From NCBI RefSeq assembly GCF_021869535.1, contig NW_026262626.1, positions 35,216,001 through 35,280,000 of the forward strand: 64,000 nucleotides of DNA, in the 5' to 3' direction. Shown in pieces: positions 11,141-24,500 of this stretch (position 1 is the stretch's first letter; each line of letters begins with the position of its first letter). This stretch comes from Mytilus californianus. Lineage: Eukaryota. Under the pieces are notes generated by a model. It was not told where the DNA came from, did no database searches, and saw only the letters and a program-made list of their open reading frames with translations. A program made the translations under genes and the position numbers.

Positions 11141-11515
11141 CAAACAATCTTGTCATCCAACCAGTTTGCCTTCTTTAATTCTTAAGACTTTTTTATGATG
11201 GAACTGACAGAATGCAATTAAATTGGTTAAAACATGTATAAACTTGGTTGTAAATCCTGTTACATGCAAACAGTTTGTATATCAGGAGCCTATGTCTATG
11301 ATTGCTGAAATCTCTTACTGTAGTTCCATTTAGCAGGAATATTATGTTAATATTCTGATTTTTATTACTCAGGAATAACAGAAAAAGAAAGACATCTAAA
11401 GGTCAACTGATGGTCTTCAGCAATAGACCGGTGTTTATAGACGGGATTCATTTTGGAAAAGAATTTGACTTGAACATATGAACCTACATTTGTCAATTCT
11501 GGGTAAACCAGTATT

Positions 11516-11935
11516 CTGTGGATTCATTAATTTTCATGGGTACAAATTTTTGATTGATTGGTGTTTGACGTAACTTTCAGCAATATTGTGCTATTTCATG
11601 GCAGTCACTTTTTATTGGAGGAACCCAGGGTGCCCTGAGAAAACCAGGGACGGGACCATGGGTAGGAAAACTAACAATCCTAGTCAATTAAGATTGGAGT
11701 AAAGCGCACCTGCCACATGCAGGATTTGAACTCATTACCTCAGTGTTGACAGGCTAGTGATACTGTTTGAGGTAGAGAAAAAAAATGTTTTTTTTTTGTT
11801 TATATTTGATTCCCTGGTGTTGCCAAAGTTTACATATAGAAAATTTGTACTTCATTAAACGTTTAAATTTGTGGTTCACTTTTACCAACGAAATCCATGA
11901 AAATTTGTATCTATCAAATAATAATTAATTCACAG
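11516..11935. mobile_element. MITE (CTGTGGATTCATT...AATTCACAG|TA) interrupted by a SINE
   Basis: Imperfect terminal inverted ends; TA follows the right end; SINE inserted at 11551-11760. Confidence 0.55.
11551..11760 (-). mobile_element. tRNA-derived SINE, V-domain-like
   Basis: Minus strand has B-box-like GAGTTCAAATCC, a GGTTTTCTCAGGGCACCCTGGGTTCCTCC segment resembling the V-SINE central domain, and a (TCAA)n tail. Confidence 0.6.
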
Positions 11936-13115
11936 TACGAGTTATTAATCTTAATTGATATCAAACCAATCAAAATTAATTATTATATTTTGTTTGGTAC
12001 AAAAGTTTTAAGTGGTATTGAAAACAGTTGATTTTTTACTTGGAGAATTGAGTTGTTTCACATCATACTGTAACTTATTGGTGACAATAAAAACACATCA
12101 TAGTATTGCACAGAACATTTTAAAGAAACAAAAAGTAAATAAGTAAGAATTTTTATTCAAAGCATAATATGGAATGTATACTTATAAAACAAATAAGATA
12201 TAAGAAAGACATTTTAGGAATACACAGATATGTGTGATGAATAACAGACATATTATTTTACATTTTTATCTGATATGTTACAAATCAGTTATCATAAAAA
12301 AGAGAATATGCATATCATGTCTAAAAACAGCCCTGAATATTTGTGAAACAAATAAAAGATGTTTCCATGGGACACGGATGTCTCTGCTTGTAAATATGCA
12401 AGAGTCAATAAAGGGACATGAGAAGGGTGAAAGTCACCCAAATTCGAACTTGATCTGTGTTTGGTGGTTACATTGTGTAAAAGTTTCCTGTGTAGCTTCA
12501 AGAGAAGAAGCTTGAACCTTAACTAATCAGAATGAAGACATTTATGTGGCAGCCATGTTTTTGCCACATTAGAACAAAATAAGATAATCTTTAACATAAG
12601 GCCATCCATACATTATTTCTGGGAGGCTTGGTTCTAACTATCCATTTACTTTCAAAAGGAAAAAAAGAAAATGATTTCCCCATATGTTTGATAGGAGCAT
12701 GTCATCATTACTACTACATATGCCTGCCTATCAGCATCAAATGAGGAATCTAGATTAAAATATTTGGTTTTGTAATTTCAAAGGAGACAAATTTACCAAG
12801 CACAATTCAATTGATTGATTGTTGGTTGCTTAATGTCTAGTGGCAAATATTTCATGCATGTTCATGACAAAGCACAATTCAAGCTTAAGTCTTTACTGTC
12901 ATGTTATTCACTAATTAACAAATGAAATAATGTTATGAATGACCTTCCAAATTTTGTTTCTCTTAATTTTGATTCAGATTGGTCATGTAATGTCAGAGAA
13001 AATAATGAAAATGGAATTTCCCATTAGTTTTGAGGGAAACTTTGTAGCATCATTGTATTAAGACTATTGTGAGTGGAACAAAACACTATTGGATAAATGG
13101 ACAAATATCCCCATT

Positions 13116-13562
13116 ACTAAATAAATGGGGAATGTGTCCATGGGACACAGATAAAGCCCCCGCTTGCATATAACTTTATAAAGGCACATATAACTCAAGA
13201 ACGGTAAAAGTGACGCTACCCAAATTCGTAGTTGATCCGAGTTTTGTGGTAATAAGCATTTTGTATAAGTTTCATAATATTTGGTTGAGGCAAACTTAAG
13301 TTAAAAGAATGGAAACGAAAAATTCAGCAATTTTTCCATTTGTAAAGGGGCATAACTCTAGAACAGTAAAAGTGACGCCACCCAAATTCAAACTTTATCT
13401 GTGTTTTGTTGTAATAAGCATTGTGTATAAGTTTCATAACATTTGGTAGATGCAAACTTAAATTAGAGAACTAAAACCAATTTCAGGACGTACGTACTTA
13501 TGGGCGTACAGACAGACAAGGATAAAACTTCATGCCCTCTCCGCTAAGGCTGGGGCATAAAA
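13116..13562 (+). mobile_element. HINE-like element with two ~161-bp cores; partial copies near 12352-12480 and 24455-24684
   Basis: AAGTGACG cores at 13208 and 13369, GTAC/GACA microsatellite, 3' hairpin TGCCC..GGGCA followed by TAAAA. Confidence 0.7.
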
Positions 13563-15432
13563 TCTCATCCAAGATACCAGGCTTATGGTTTTGTACATCA
13601 GATGCATGCTATGTCTTCAAAAGACTCACCGGTGACGCTTGAATCAAAAAAGTTAAAAGCCTTCAAAGTTGAAGGGTATTGAGGATCCAAATTCTGGTTT
13701 TGCCATAAACAGCTAAGGTAATCTATTCCTGGTGTAGAAATTTTTTTAGTACAATTTATGTTTATACCACTTCAAAAAAGGATATACACAAAAAAAATAT
13801 GAGTGCACACACTGAAATGTCTTGCCTGCTTTACTGATCATTGATTTTATGTCACCATAAGGCACTAAAGGACAAAATATTTTAGATTTTCTGTGTCAAC
13901 AATCTCATTAAATATTTGCTCTATAACAAGATTTGCTATAAAAAAATTATAACCAAGTCTTCAGTGTAATTTGATGCAGTATATACAAAATTAACATAGG
14001 ACAATTTTTACAATATACATTATTTTGTGGATATACAATTAAAATATAGAACTCAGATATGGCTTGAATCTATCACATGACTGACTATCTACAAAGATGC
14101 AATTTTTGAACTTTAAATTTGTATGTCTTTTTGTATATGTAAGATCAATCTTAGTTAACATATATAAAATGAAGTGGAGATAACTCATGTAAGACCACTA
14201 ATTTTAGAGAATTTTTAGCATGATGCATCTCTAAAATATTTTGACTGAAATTAAATAATGCTTAATTATTTTATAAAATATATCATTTGCTGATTTTTAT
14301 GAAGCATGAATTAAATTCAGTCTAATATTGTTTCTTCTTCTAGAGATTTTGTTCGGAAAAAAAAAACACCAAAAGGAAATTAGCTAGGGAACTTAATATT
14401 CATTATCTATACACAAATCAATGACATTAATAGTTGTCAAAACAATATGGGAAATATTTTGAAAAAATGATTATTATTTTTGATAGAGCTTGTAAATAGA
14501 CATAAAAACAAGCACATACATTCAAACATATAAAACCTTCAATTGCAATGTTTAAGTACCGGTAACTTCTTATTTTTAAAGGGAATTGCTGCTCATTGTT
14601 ATTTACAGTGTGTGAAGGTTGATTAGACACATCACACAGACTTCTTTATCATGGATAAGAAAGATAAACTATTTTCATCAGTTCTAACTTTTTTTATAAA
14701 ATAAATATGAATAAGAGTAGATGTGATGTATCAATGAGAGACATTAACCCAACAACATAAAAATAAGAATGTCTGTTTTTAAATAAGCCAACTTTTACTT
14801 TGAGTGATCCTAACTATATGTTAAATATTTTGTCCTAAGTGCACTATACAGTATTATTCAGACTTTTAGCCTAAATATATCCAGCAAGACCCTTATCAAA
14901 TAAGTAATGGGCCCATAATGTAATACAGGGCATGCAACTTAGAAATAAAAAGGGCAGAAATGTAACAATACCAATTTTTTTTTTAGGAACTTCATGTTTA
15001 TGAAGCTATATATTGTCAAATAGCAATAATAAAATAAATTGAAATGTAAAAAAACATCTAACAATAACATATAAAATATTGCATAAGTTACATGTAGAAC
15101 ACATTTGGTATGTACACTATAAAATATATATGTTATAATATACAAAACACTCAGATCTATACAGCAATGATATTTTTGTATGGAATTTATGTACCGGTAA
15201 ACAATTTTCTTTTAACAAGTCAATTCTATTCAGAATGTTACAAAAACTATTAAAAATTCTGACAGCTGCTCAAAATGGTCCATTAGAAACTGGTAGTAAA
15301 TATTAAGTAGAGTCACTTCAATCAATCTGTGTGATTACTTTAACATTTTTAATGTATAGATTCAACCACACATTGGATTTCTGCAGACATATTACACATC
15401 GATATTGAATATCACAAATCCTTTTTTGTTCA

Positions 15433-15548
15433 CTATGCTGTATTGTCTCCCCTTTCAGAGTTTCCTGTGATGACTAAATTGGATGATGGAGTGAATCTTA
15501 TTGGAATGTAACCATCAATGTTAGCACTTACTACACATGGTTCATCAT
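15433..15548 (-). CDS. WDCP: WDCP coding exon 15 (last)
   Basis: DDEPCVVSANIDGYIPIRFTPSSNLVITGNSERGDNTA*. Confidence 0.9.
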
Positions 15549-18500
15549 CTGCAAACAAATAAGACAAATTCATACTAATAAATAAAGTAAATGTATGCCT
15601 GTTTTTTCAATGTTCTTTTGACAAGCTCCGTAGTCTTGTGGTAGCGTGCTAGCCTCGAGTGAAAAAGGTCGTGGGTTGGAACCCCCCCTAGGTCAAACCA
15701 TAAACTTAAAAAATTGGTATTTGCTGCTTCTCCACTAAGCACACAGTGTTTAGGAGTAAGAGTAAAGACTGGTTAGCTGGAAGTCAGATTAATGTGTTGA
15801 GGTAGGTGACGTGTCTTTTTGCAAACTGTTACCTTGTGAACTAGCACTTTAAACATTCCAGCTCAGTGTGTCTGTCTAGTACAAAGCAGAGTTTATATTC
15901 ATATCACATTATCGTGTTCTCGTCCTGAATATTGTTTAATTTGCCTTAACTGAAAAATTATTGAAAACTAAGCTCTTATATTAAAATGCAAACCTTAATA
16001 TTTTTTGTTATGTAATCTTTCTAAACTAAACAACCAATTAATTCTTATGAACTTTTTTTTAACGGAATTGGTTTGGATAGATTTCAATGTAATAAGGTTA
16101 AGTATTTAATAAAGCTTGTGTCAAGTTTATCTTATTTATGATAAAACATTTTAAATTCTGTTTTCCCCATTTTTTCAATGAATATGAAATTTACGCCTGA
16201 TACTATTTGCCATACAAAACTTTACATGTTGTGAGGATGAAACATAACTTACCAATAAATATCTCTAATGTTGTAAGCTCGAATGCTGTTTTAACAATTT
16301 CATACTGTAATCTACCATTATCTAATAGGAAAGATTTTTTCTTTGTTTCCACGCCAGGACATTTACAATGTATTTGTATTAATTCTGAAAACAATTTAGA
16401 AACAGTGTTTTATGTAAATAAAAGTACATATGAATAATGACAGTAGCTTAAAATGACACAAAAACCAAAAGACATCTTGAAGTCAACACAGGGTCTTCAA
16501 CAATAGATAGGTGTCTTTACAACCATTTTACTAAATACCATCCAGTTTTCTTATTTTTTTCTTTCTTCATAGATTTTCAAGCTAAAGTCTTTTTACACAA
16601 ATGTTTCTGTTGTGAAATGAATAACTTGCATACAATCAACACACACATAAGGTGACATATAGTCACAAATAAGTAATTGTAATTAAGATGTTCTAAGAAT
16701 TACACGTTTCTGCTGCAGAAGACAACTAACAAATATAGCTGTATACACTTAGTAGATATAATTTCAGGAATATCAATGACACGGAAAGATCAAATCAAAA
16801 CAACTGATATAAAATTACCTGGCTGACTTTGTGGCTGGTATTTTGTAATTATAGTAGATTCTTTGATAAGTCTGAAAATAAAAAAAAAATGTATCATTTC
16901 CAGAAATGCAAGAGTATATAACAAAAACATCTTGCATGAAAAATAATTTGTTAGTCTGGAAAAATTCAGTACACTTATAATCAATTCGTCATACAATATT
17001 TTGAAGAAAGAGCTAAAGGATCCTACCTATTCAAAATCTGACGTAAAGAACAATACCGTCATTATCCTTATACTGTCTTAAATGGTGAGACCAGTTATCT
17101 TAGGATATCTTATCACCTTCTTAAAGTGTAGAACAACATTTATCCTTAAACTGTCTTAAATGGTAATAACACAGTTATCTTAGGATATCTTATGACCTTC
17201 TTTAAATGTAGAACAACATTTCTACAAACTGTCCAAGTGACCACAATTATTCTGAAAATATCTCAAAGTTAGACTTACCCATAAACTGTCTTACAGTGTC
17301 AGACAGTTATTATAAAATAGTCAATAATGCCTTGAAGTTTACGATCACAACTATCCTAAAATTTTCCTATCATAAAGAATAGGATTATTATCCTGAATCT
17401 GATTCGTAATACTTACTCAGTAAGATGTGCTACTTTCATTTTCAATTCTTCTATTCTGTGGTTCTGAAACAAAATTGAATCAAATCTATTGCTTTGTTTT
17501 GTTAATAATGATTATCATTTCCCATGGACCTATGAATATTAAAGATGCACTGTACATAAGTCATAACTATGTCCTGTTATTTGCTATTTCTCATTAAAAT
17601 ATAAAAAGAATTTTGACTTTTTTATTGATGTAAATATTCAGAAGGTTTATAAAAGTTTCTTTAAGCATGAATATAACCTAAAATGGAGAAATTCTTCAAA
17701 TAATCACACTTGAAAAATCAATTGATATCTTATACTTTTCAAGAAGAGAGAGTTTTTGGTTCATTTACTGCACTTACAAGTTTATCAATCTCAAGTTGCA
17801 TTCTTTCTTCCTTTGTTGAATCTGCATTTGTTACAAATGATGTACTAGAGGTTGCCATAGACACAGCAGAATCATCAAGACATGTTGTAACCTTTGGCCT
17901 TTGGACGGGTTTTTCCCCTACATCATATTGATCACTGACTGATTTAACTAACTGATCCTTTATAGAGTCATGAAAGGATGTATCTATGTTATTCTGAAAA
18001 TATGGGGTATTAGCAGAAAATTCTGTTGTCTCAGTTTCAAGTTCACTCCCAGAATTCCCTGAACCAGTCAAGTCTTCAACTAATGATTTACCTCCCTTTG
18101 TTTGACTTCCTATGATTATATCTCTTGGAGATGAATCAGTGGAATCAGTTTCAGAGAAATCTTTGAGTTCTGTGACTGTTTCTTGTTTTCTAATGTGAAG
18201 ATCACGATCATAATGATCACAAGAATCATTTTTAGCATATTTTTCAGTTTGGTTTCCATGAGTGCCTGTTTCCTTGATATTTTCTGGTATGTCAACTGTA
18301 TCTGAAACCTTTTCAGCATTTTCTTTTACAGATTTGGAACTATCTGACTCTTTAAATTCCAATGATCCATGCTGTTCTCTGAGGTTCTTAAGTACATTTT
18401 TATCTATCAAAAGAGGAGACAAAATCATCAATCATGCTTACAATTTTTTTTTAACCTTACTCTGATGTTATCATGTGTACTTTTGTCATTATATTATAGA

Positions 18501-21500
18501 TTATTCTCCAGTATGACCAAATAAAATCACATAAGCTTTATCTAAAGTCGGTCTGATAAGTAACAATAACACACAACTTTGCATTGTGCTTTTGGACCAA
18601 CATATATATATCCAATGCATCAAATGATATTGGCTGATATTTAAACTCTCTTTTTACGATCCACCATGATAAGCCGAATTCATGGCAGTAATCGTCCAAA
18701 ATTACAAAACAAAGATCAGCATAAAGTAAGAAGTTTAAGATTTTCCTATAAACAGCATTGGAAAAGTTTGTCTGCTAAAGTTATTAAATGCATATATCAA
18801 TAATCCTTATAATCAATCTGATGAGTCAAGCTTTTTTAAACTGATTTTTACAGTTTGTTCTAATGTTGTGCTGTTACACCAATGCCCTGGGTTAAGGGAG
18901 GATTGAGAGTAAATAAACTTGCTTAACCCTGTCACATTTGTTTATTCATCTGTCCAAATCCAGGTTTCCAGTGGCTACTGTTGGCTGTTGTCTGTCATAA
19001 TTGATTTTGTTTTGTTTTATGTACTAGGTTTAATCAGGTCATTAGTTAGTTTTTATTTGTTATAATCCTAAGTACAGATCTGATGTTCATCCTGAACATG
19101 CATGAAATATTTGTCACTGGCCCTTAAGCAAACAACAATCAATCAACCCATCTGATGAGTCAAGCCCTATTCAAATGAATTTTAATCGACTTACATAATG
19201 TTGTGCTGTTACACCACTGTCCCACTTTAGGGAGAGAGTTAAGCGCTCACAAACATGTTTCGTATTTTGTTATCCTAGGTACTTTTGAAGCTTACTGAAC
19301 AGTATAGGTTTCTGCTCATTGTTATGTATGATGACCTGTAGTTGTTTACATCTTGTTCCTTTGTTCCTAGGTGAATAGTTTTATCATTGGCAATCATACC
19401 ACATTTCCTGTAAGTTGTTCATTAGGGTTTTGTATTATTTCAAAAATCATATGACAATGATACATGTATTACAAATTAACTCTACAGACAAAAAGCTGTC
19501 AACTGTTATTGACATATATTTTTTTATTATTATCAAAGGTGTTTTAATTATCTGTGTATATATATATTTATAAGCAACATACCAATTGTAAAAGGATAGA
19601 ATTTCAATTTTATTTCCATAGCTGATCCTGAACTTGATGACAGGAAGGCTGAATCTGAACTTGCTCTTCTTCCTACTGCTAACAGGATACCAGTCTGGTT
19701 TGTAGAGGAAGGTAATATCTGAGATATTCCTTTTGGTCTTTCTTGTTTGTCTAGTGTCTACATGTATTGAAATAATATTGAGATGAAAATAATCACTGCA
19801 AAGTAATCCCAGCATAAAAAAAAAACTAACAGAATTCCACCTCTGTTTCTAAATACTGACCTTCAGAAACAAAAAAATACATATCAAATTCTTTATGCAG
19901 TAACTCCCTACCACTAAATTATAACTGTATTGGAATATCTTTGTCATGTGAGGGCCTGACTTCCTATTATGAGAACTGTTCAGCACAAACAACCTGATGG
20001 GAAATTTACTGTATTAATACATTGTTATGATTAGGAAAAAAATTTTTTTGTTTGTTTATACCATTCAACTGGAGATGCTTGTTATGCAGAATGCACTGTA
20101 AACCACTATAAAAGGGGAAATAATACCTTAATACATCCCGTAAACGGGCGTATAAAAATATACTTGGTTTGTCACCTGCTTTGCTGAAAACTATCAATTT
20201 GATAAACTGCCAAATGTCAGTGTCCACGAATCTGTACATAAATGATAATACAAATGCATTCCATATATCGATAGTATTTCATTAATACTTCTTCATAAAT
20301 ATACCAAATAGGGTTATCATGAAAACTTTTTCTAAAATGGACATAATCAGAAAACAATCTATTTATGGTTTTGATGACCACATTGGAAAGGCAGCAAGAG
20401 TTCATAATTGTATTTCACTTTCCAACGTTTAGTAGCATGCGAGAAAAAAATTTTGTGGCTAGTTATGAGGAGAACGTTTTGAGAAGTTGGATATTGTTTA
20501 ATTCTTAGAAAACTTACAACTTCTGCTGTTTTTGTTAAGCCTGATGTAATGCTGCCATTTTGAAATGTAAAAACTTGCAATAAATTCTGTGTATTACTGC
20601 CAACAACAACCGATTTTATATGTGGCTGAAAAAGAATAATAAATCATAATAAATTATTGCAATCAAAGTCAGAATTTAAGACTTGAAATTTTTTTTAAAT
20701 ACAAAAATCTAAGGATGACTGAAGTCTATAGAGAGGGTGGTAAAGGGTTATCTTCGTGCAACGTGTTTTGCCATTTTTATTTCACGTGCAGCCGTGAGAA
20801 AGGTTGGTTATTCACTGTGAAATCGGTAAAAAGAATAACGTGCAAGAAATTTTTAATTGTTCTTTCATCATGAAATGGCAATTTTATTTCGCGTTCTTCC
20901 ATGCAGATACCCCCCCCCCCCCCCCCCCCCCCCTTTACACCCCTCTATAGATGCTATCTCATTGATGTAAACCTCAAATCTTCTTTCATTCAAATTGTTA
21001 TGTACTTTAAAATTTTTAGATGAATATGGCAATAAGATCAAAAAGCCATTTCACAAAAATCAGTGTCCAGACTCCAAGTTATTTACTAGTTTTCTTTTCT
21101 TGTACATGCATACATGTGGCTACAAATAATTTCAATTTTAACACATGTAAACAAAGAAGATTTGTCATAGGCATTGATTGATCCCTATCAAGAAAACTTC
21201 AGATGTCTTTTAGTTTTTTGTGTTGTTGTTTTGTTGTAAAACTTTAGATGTTGTTTTGTTTTTTGTGTTGTTATGTTTTTTCCCAATGACATATATCATA
21301 TTAACCCAAAGTTGTCAAACAATTATAGGACAAAATGTGACTGCTATGGGCTCTTTCCCTACAAACCTCTCATGAATGCAGTTAATAAAATTCTTTAGAA
21401 ATTTATCATAAAAACATTACACTTACAATATAAACCAAGAGTTCTGGTGTAAGTATGCCTTTGATCCCCATCATGGAAATACTACAAGGATCTTTTTCAT

Positions 21501-24500
21501 CTTCTAGACTAACTGTCACCAGCTGAGTTGTAGATTCTATGTCAAACTGTGGATTTCTGGGTAAGCTGAACAACGTTTCTGTTGCAGATACAGATTTCTT
21601 TGGTGAGATTATATCCTCTTGTAAACTGTTTGTGTTTTCATTTAAATCTGAAAGTGTTTCATACTGTCCATATTTAATACCTAAGATAAAATGAACTGCT
21701 ATTTTGTTTGGAATTTTATTGCTGAATGTATAAAAGTAATCTTACTTTTAATACAAAAGGATGTTAACATATAAAATATCAAATTAAATGGTAGTACTCA
21801 AAAAAAGTAAGTCAGCTCATAGGCCAGAGATCTACACCATATTTCAAGAACACAGTTTAAATTGGCCAAAACTAAAAGAGAAGAGGCTAAAGTCCGCCTC
21901 TGGGTGCAGGATTTTCTCTCTGTGTTGAAGACCCTTTGGTGGCCTGAGCTGTTTTTGCTCTTTGGTCAAGTTGTTGTCTCTTTGACACATTCCCCATTTC
22001 CATTGTCAATTCTATTGAAGTTCTTAAAAATATATTTCAGGCTAGCTTGATTTCCTGATACAGATAATACAAGACAATACAAGACTGACAGATAACTCAT
22101 TATATACTGTAAATTCAGAAATTATTGCGTGCATTTATTTTTGTGATTTTAGAAGAATAGACAAAAATGCAAATTAATTATTGCAATTTCAGGAAAAGCT
22201 GCATACAGATATACATAAGAGATATCAGAATGCTAGTTCTTATTATTGCAATTCTCATCCAGTCACATTATTCGCATTAATAGAAACCTTGCAATAATTT
22301 CTGAATTTACAGTACATGAATGCAGCTGCATATACAACAAAAACTAAAACTTACAGTTATAAATGTCTGTGTAGTTGAAATCATATGGATTACCAACATA
22401 TCAGATTTTTTCTATTTATAACGGTTTTAAACATAATAGACAAAACTTGTATTTTACCCCTATGTTCTATTTTTTAGCCATGTTGGCCATGTTGGTTGGT
22501 AGGTGGGGTCATCGGACACATTTAGATACCCCAATGATGATTGTGGCCAAGTTTGGTTAAATTTGTCTCAGTAGTTTTAGAGGAGAAGATATGTGTAAAA
22601 GATAACAAAAATTACAAAAAATTGTTAAAAATTGACTATAAAGGGCAATAACTCCTTAAGGGGTCAATTGACCCAACTATGGGTTGTCTGATTTGTCTGA
22701 AAATTTCAGGGCTGATAGATCTTAACCTGATGAACATTTTCACCTCTTGTCAGATTTGCTGTAAATGCTTTAGTTTAAGAAATATAAGCCAAAATCTGCA
22801 TTTTACTCCAATGTTCTATTTTTAGCCATGTAGGCCATGTTGGTTGGCAGGCAGGGTCATCGGACACATTTTTTAAACTAGATGCCCTAATGATGATTGT
22901 GGCCAAATTTGGTTAAATTTGTCTTAGTAGTTTCAGAGGAGAAGATTTTTGTAAAAGTTAAAGGGGTACTAGCTACGAGATATATAAAAAATCTAAAGTA
23001 TGATTGTTTTTGTTCAATCATTAATGAAAGTGAAATAATGAAATAATAATTCACTTTTAACAACCATTCGACCTCATTGAATCTGTATTCATGTGAACCT
23101 AAATTTAACCCCTTAGCTAGAGATGGATAACGCATGTCAACATTGAAAGTGAAAGAAGGTAAATCATTTGATTGACTGATTCGATTCACAAAAACTCATT
23201 CGTATACAGGTAAAAACGATGATTAAAATATATTTTCAATCTATAATATGAAATTAAACAGACCTAAAAAAATCCATTTGCACCATTTAGATATCTATTT
23301 ATATCTATATTTATGTTTATATCGCTTATATGGTCATCAGAGGTCGTCTAAGGTCAACACGATAGTTAATTAGATGGCGTCTAGACTAAAATACATACGA
23401 AACGAAGATACATATTATCGACCCCGGGCCCTGTAAATTGTAAATTTCAGACTTTTTATAATTTGGATAAATGTTTTACATGGTTATAAATCAAATATGA
23501 GAATTTGAGTCAAATCGATGAACATGAATTTGACAGCTAGTGCCCCTTTAAGGACAACGACGACGGACAACGTACGCCAAGTGATGAGAAAAGCTCGCTT
23601 GGCCTTTTAGGCCAGGTGAGCTAAAAATGCATATTTCCATCAGGTTTTTTTATCTGAGTAAAACTTGAATTATTATCACTTCTTTCACCTTTATGAAAAA
23701 TTTAAAAATACTTTTTATTACATCTTACATAGTTCTATTGTGTAATACATTATCATGTGACATGAAATAATTGTGTTAATTTTCATTAATTGGGAGGAAT
23801 GAGAAATAATCTTAAAATTTACACAGAACAAAGAATAACCCTATTAGCATTTGAGCTTCTTGGTTTGTACATGAGTTATCTCCCATCAAATTTATGTCAC
23901 AGATGTATGTAAATAAAAACGCAGCAGCCAGGTAAGAAATTCATCCAGTGACAAGGAAACAGGGCTTATAGATCATTCAGTTCCTAATATAGCCCTCAAT
24001 AACGAACCTTTTCAGAGCCATCAATATTTTACAGAAAGAGTCCTTGAGGAACATACTAGAAATTCAAAATAATTCTCTGATGAAAGTGTTTTGTAAATGT
24101 TTTGCTACAGTAAGACAATGTGCTTCTCTAGCAGGAATCTTCAAAGGTTTGAAAGGTCCTTCAACTAATAGTAGGCTATAATAAAACAAATTGTGGCCCC
24201 TTAGAAGTGGTGAAAATTTAAAATTGTCAACCCTAAAATGTTATTTCCCTTTTGGCTGCACTCTCGGGAAATAACCTTTCAGGGTAGAAAATTTTGAATA
24301 TTCACCTTTCTATGGGCCATAATTGAGTATCTTTTTTTTTCGCACTACATTACAGAGAAGATTATATAAGTTGAAAAGTCTTATATAAATCAATATCAAT
24401 GTAGAAAGAATGTTGCAATTCAAGCCAAGAACTAATTGGATAGTTCTATCTTAAACTAAAAATAAATGGAGAATGTGTGCATGGGTCACAGATGATGCTT

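Noticed and set aside
15620-15700. tRNA gene
   Set aside because: Only degenerate A/B boxes and no clear cloverleaf; it runs into a SINE body with a second partial copy at 3595-3835.
19447-19815. 122-aa ORF as the WDCP exon product
   Set aside because: Wrong frame; the homologous ERPKGI frame is shifted and bounded by splice sites at 19757 and 19583.
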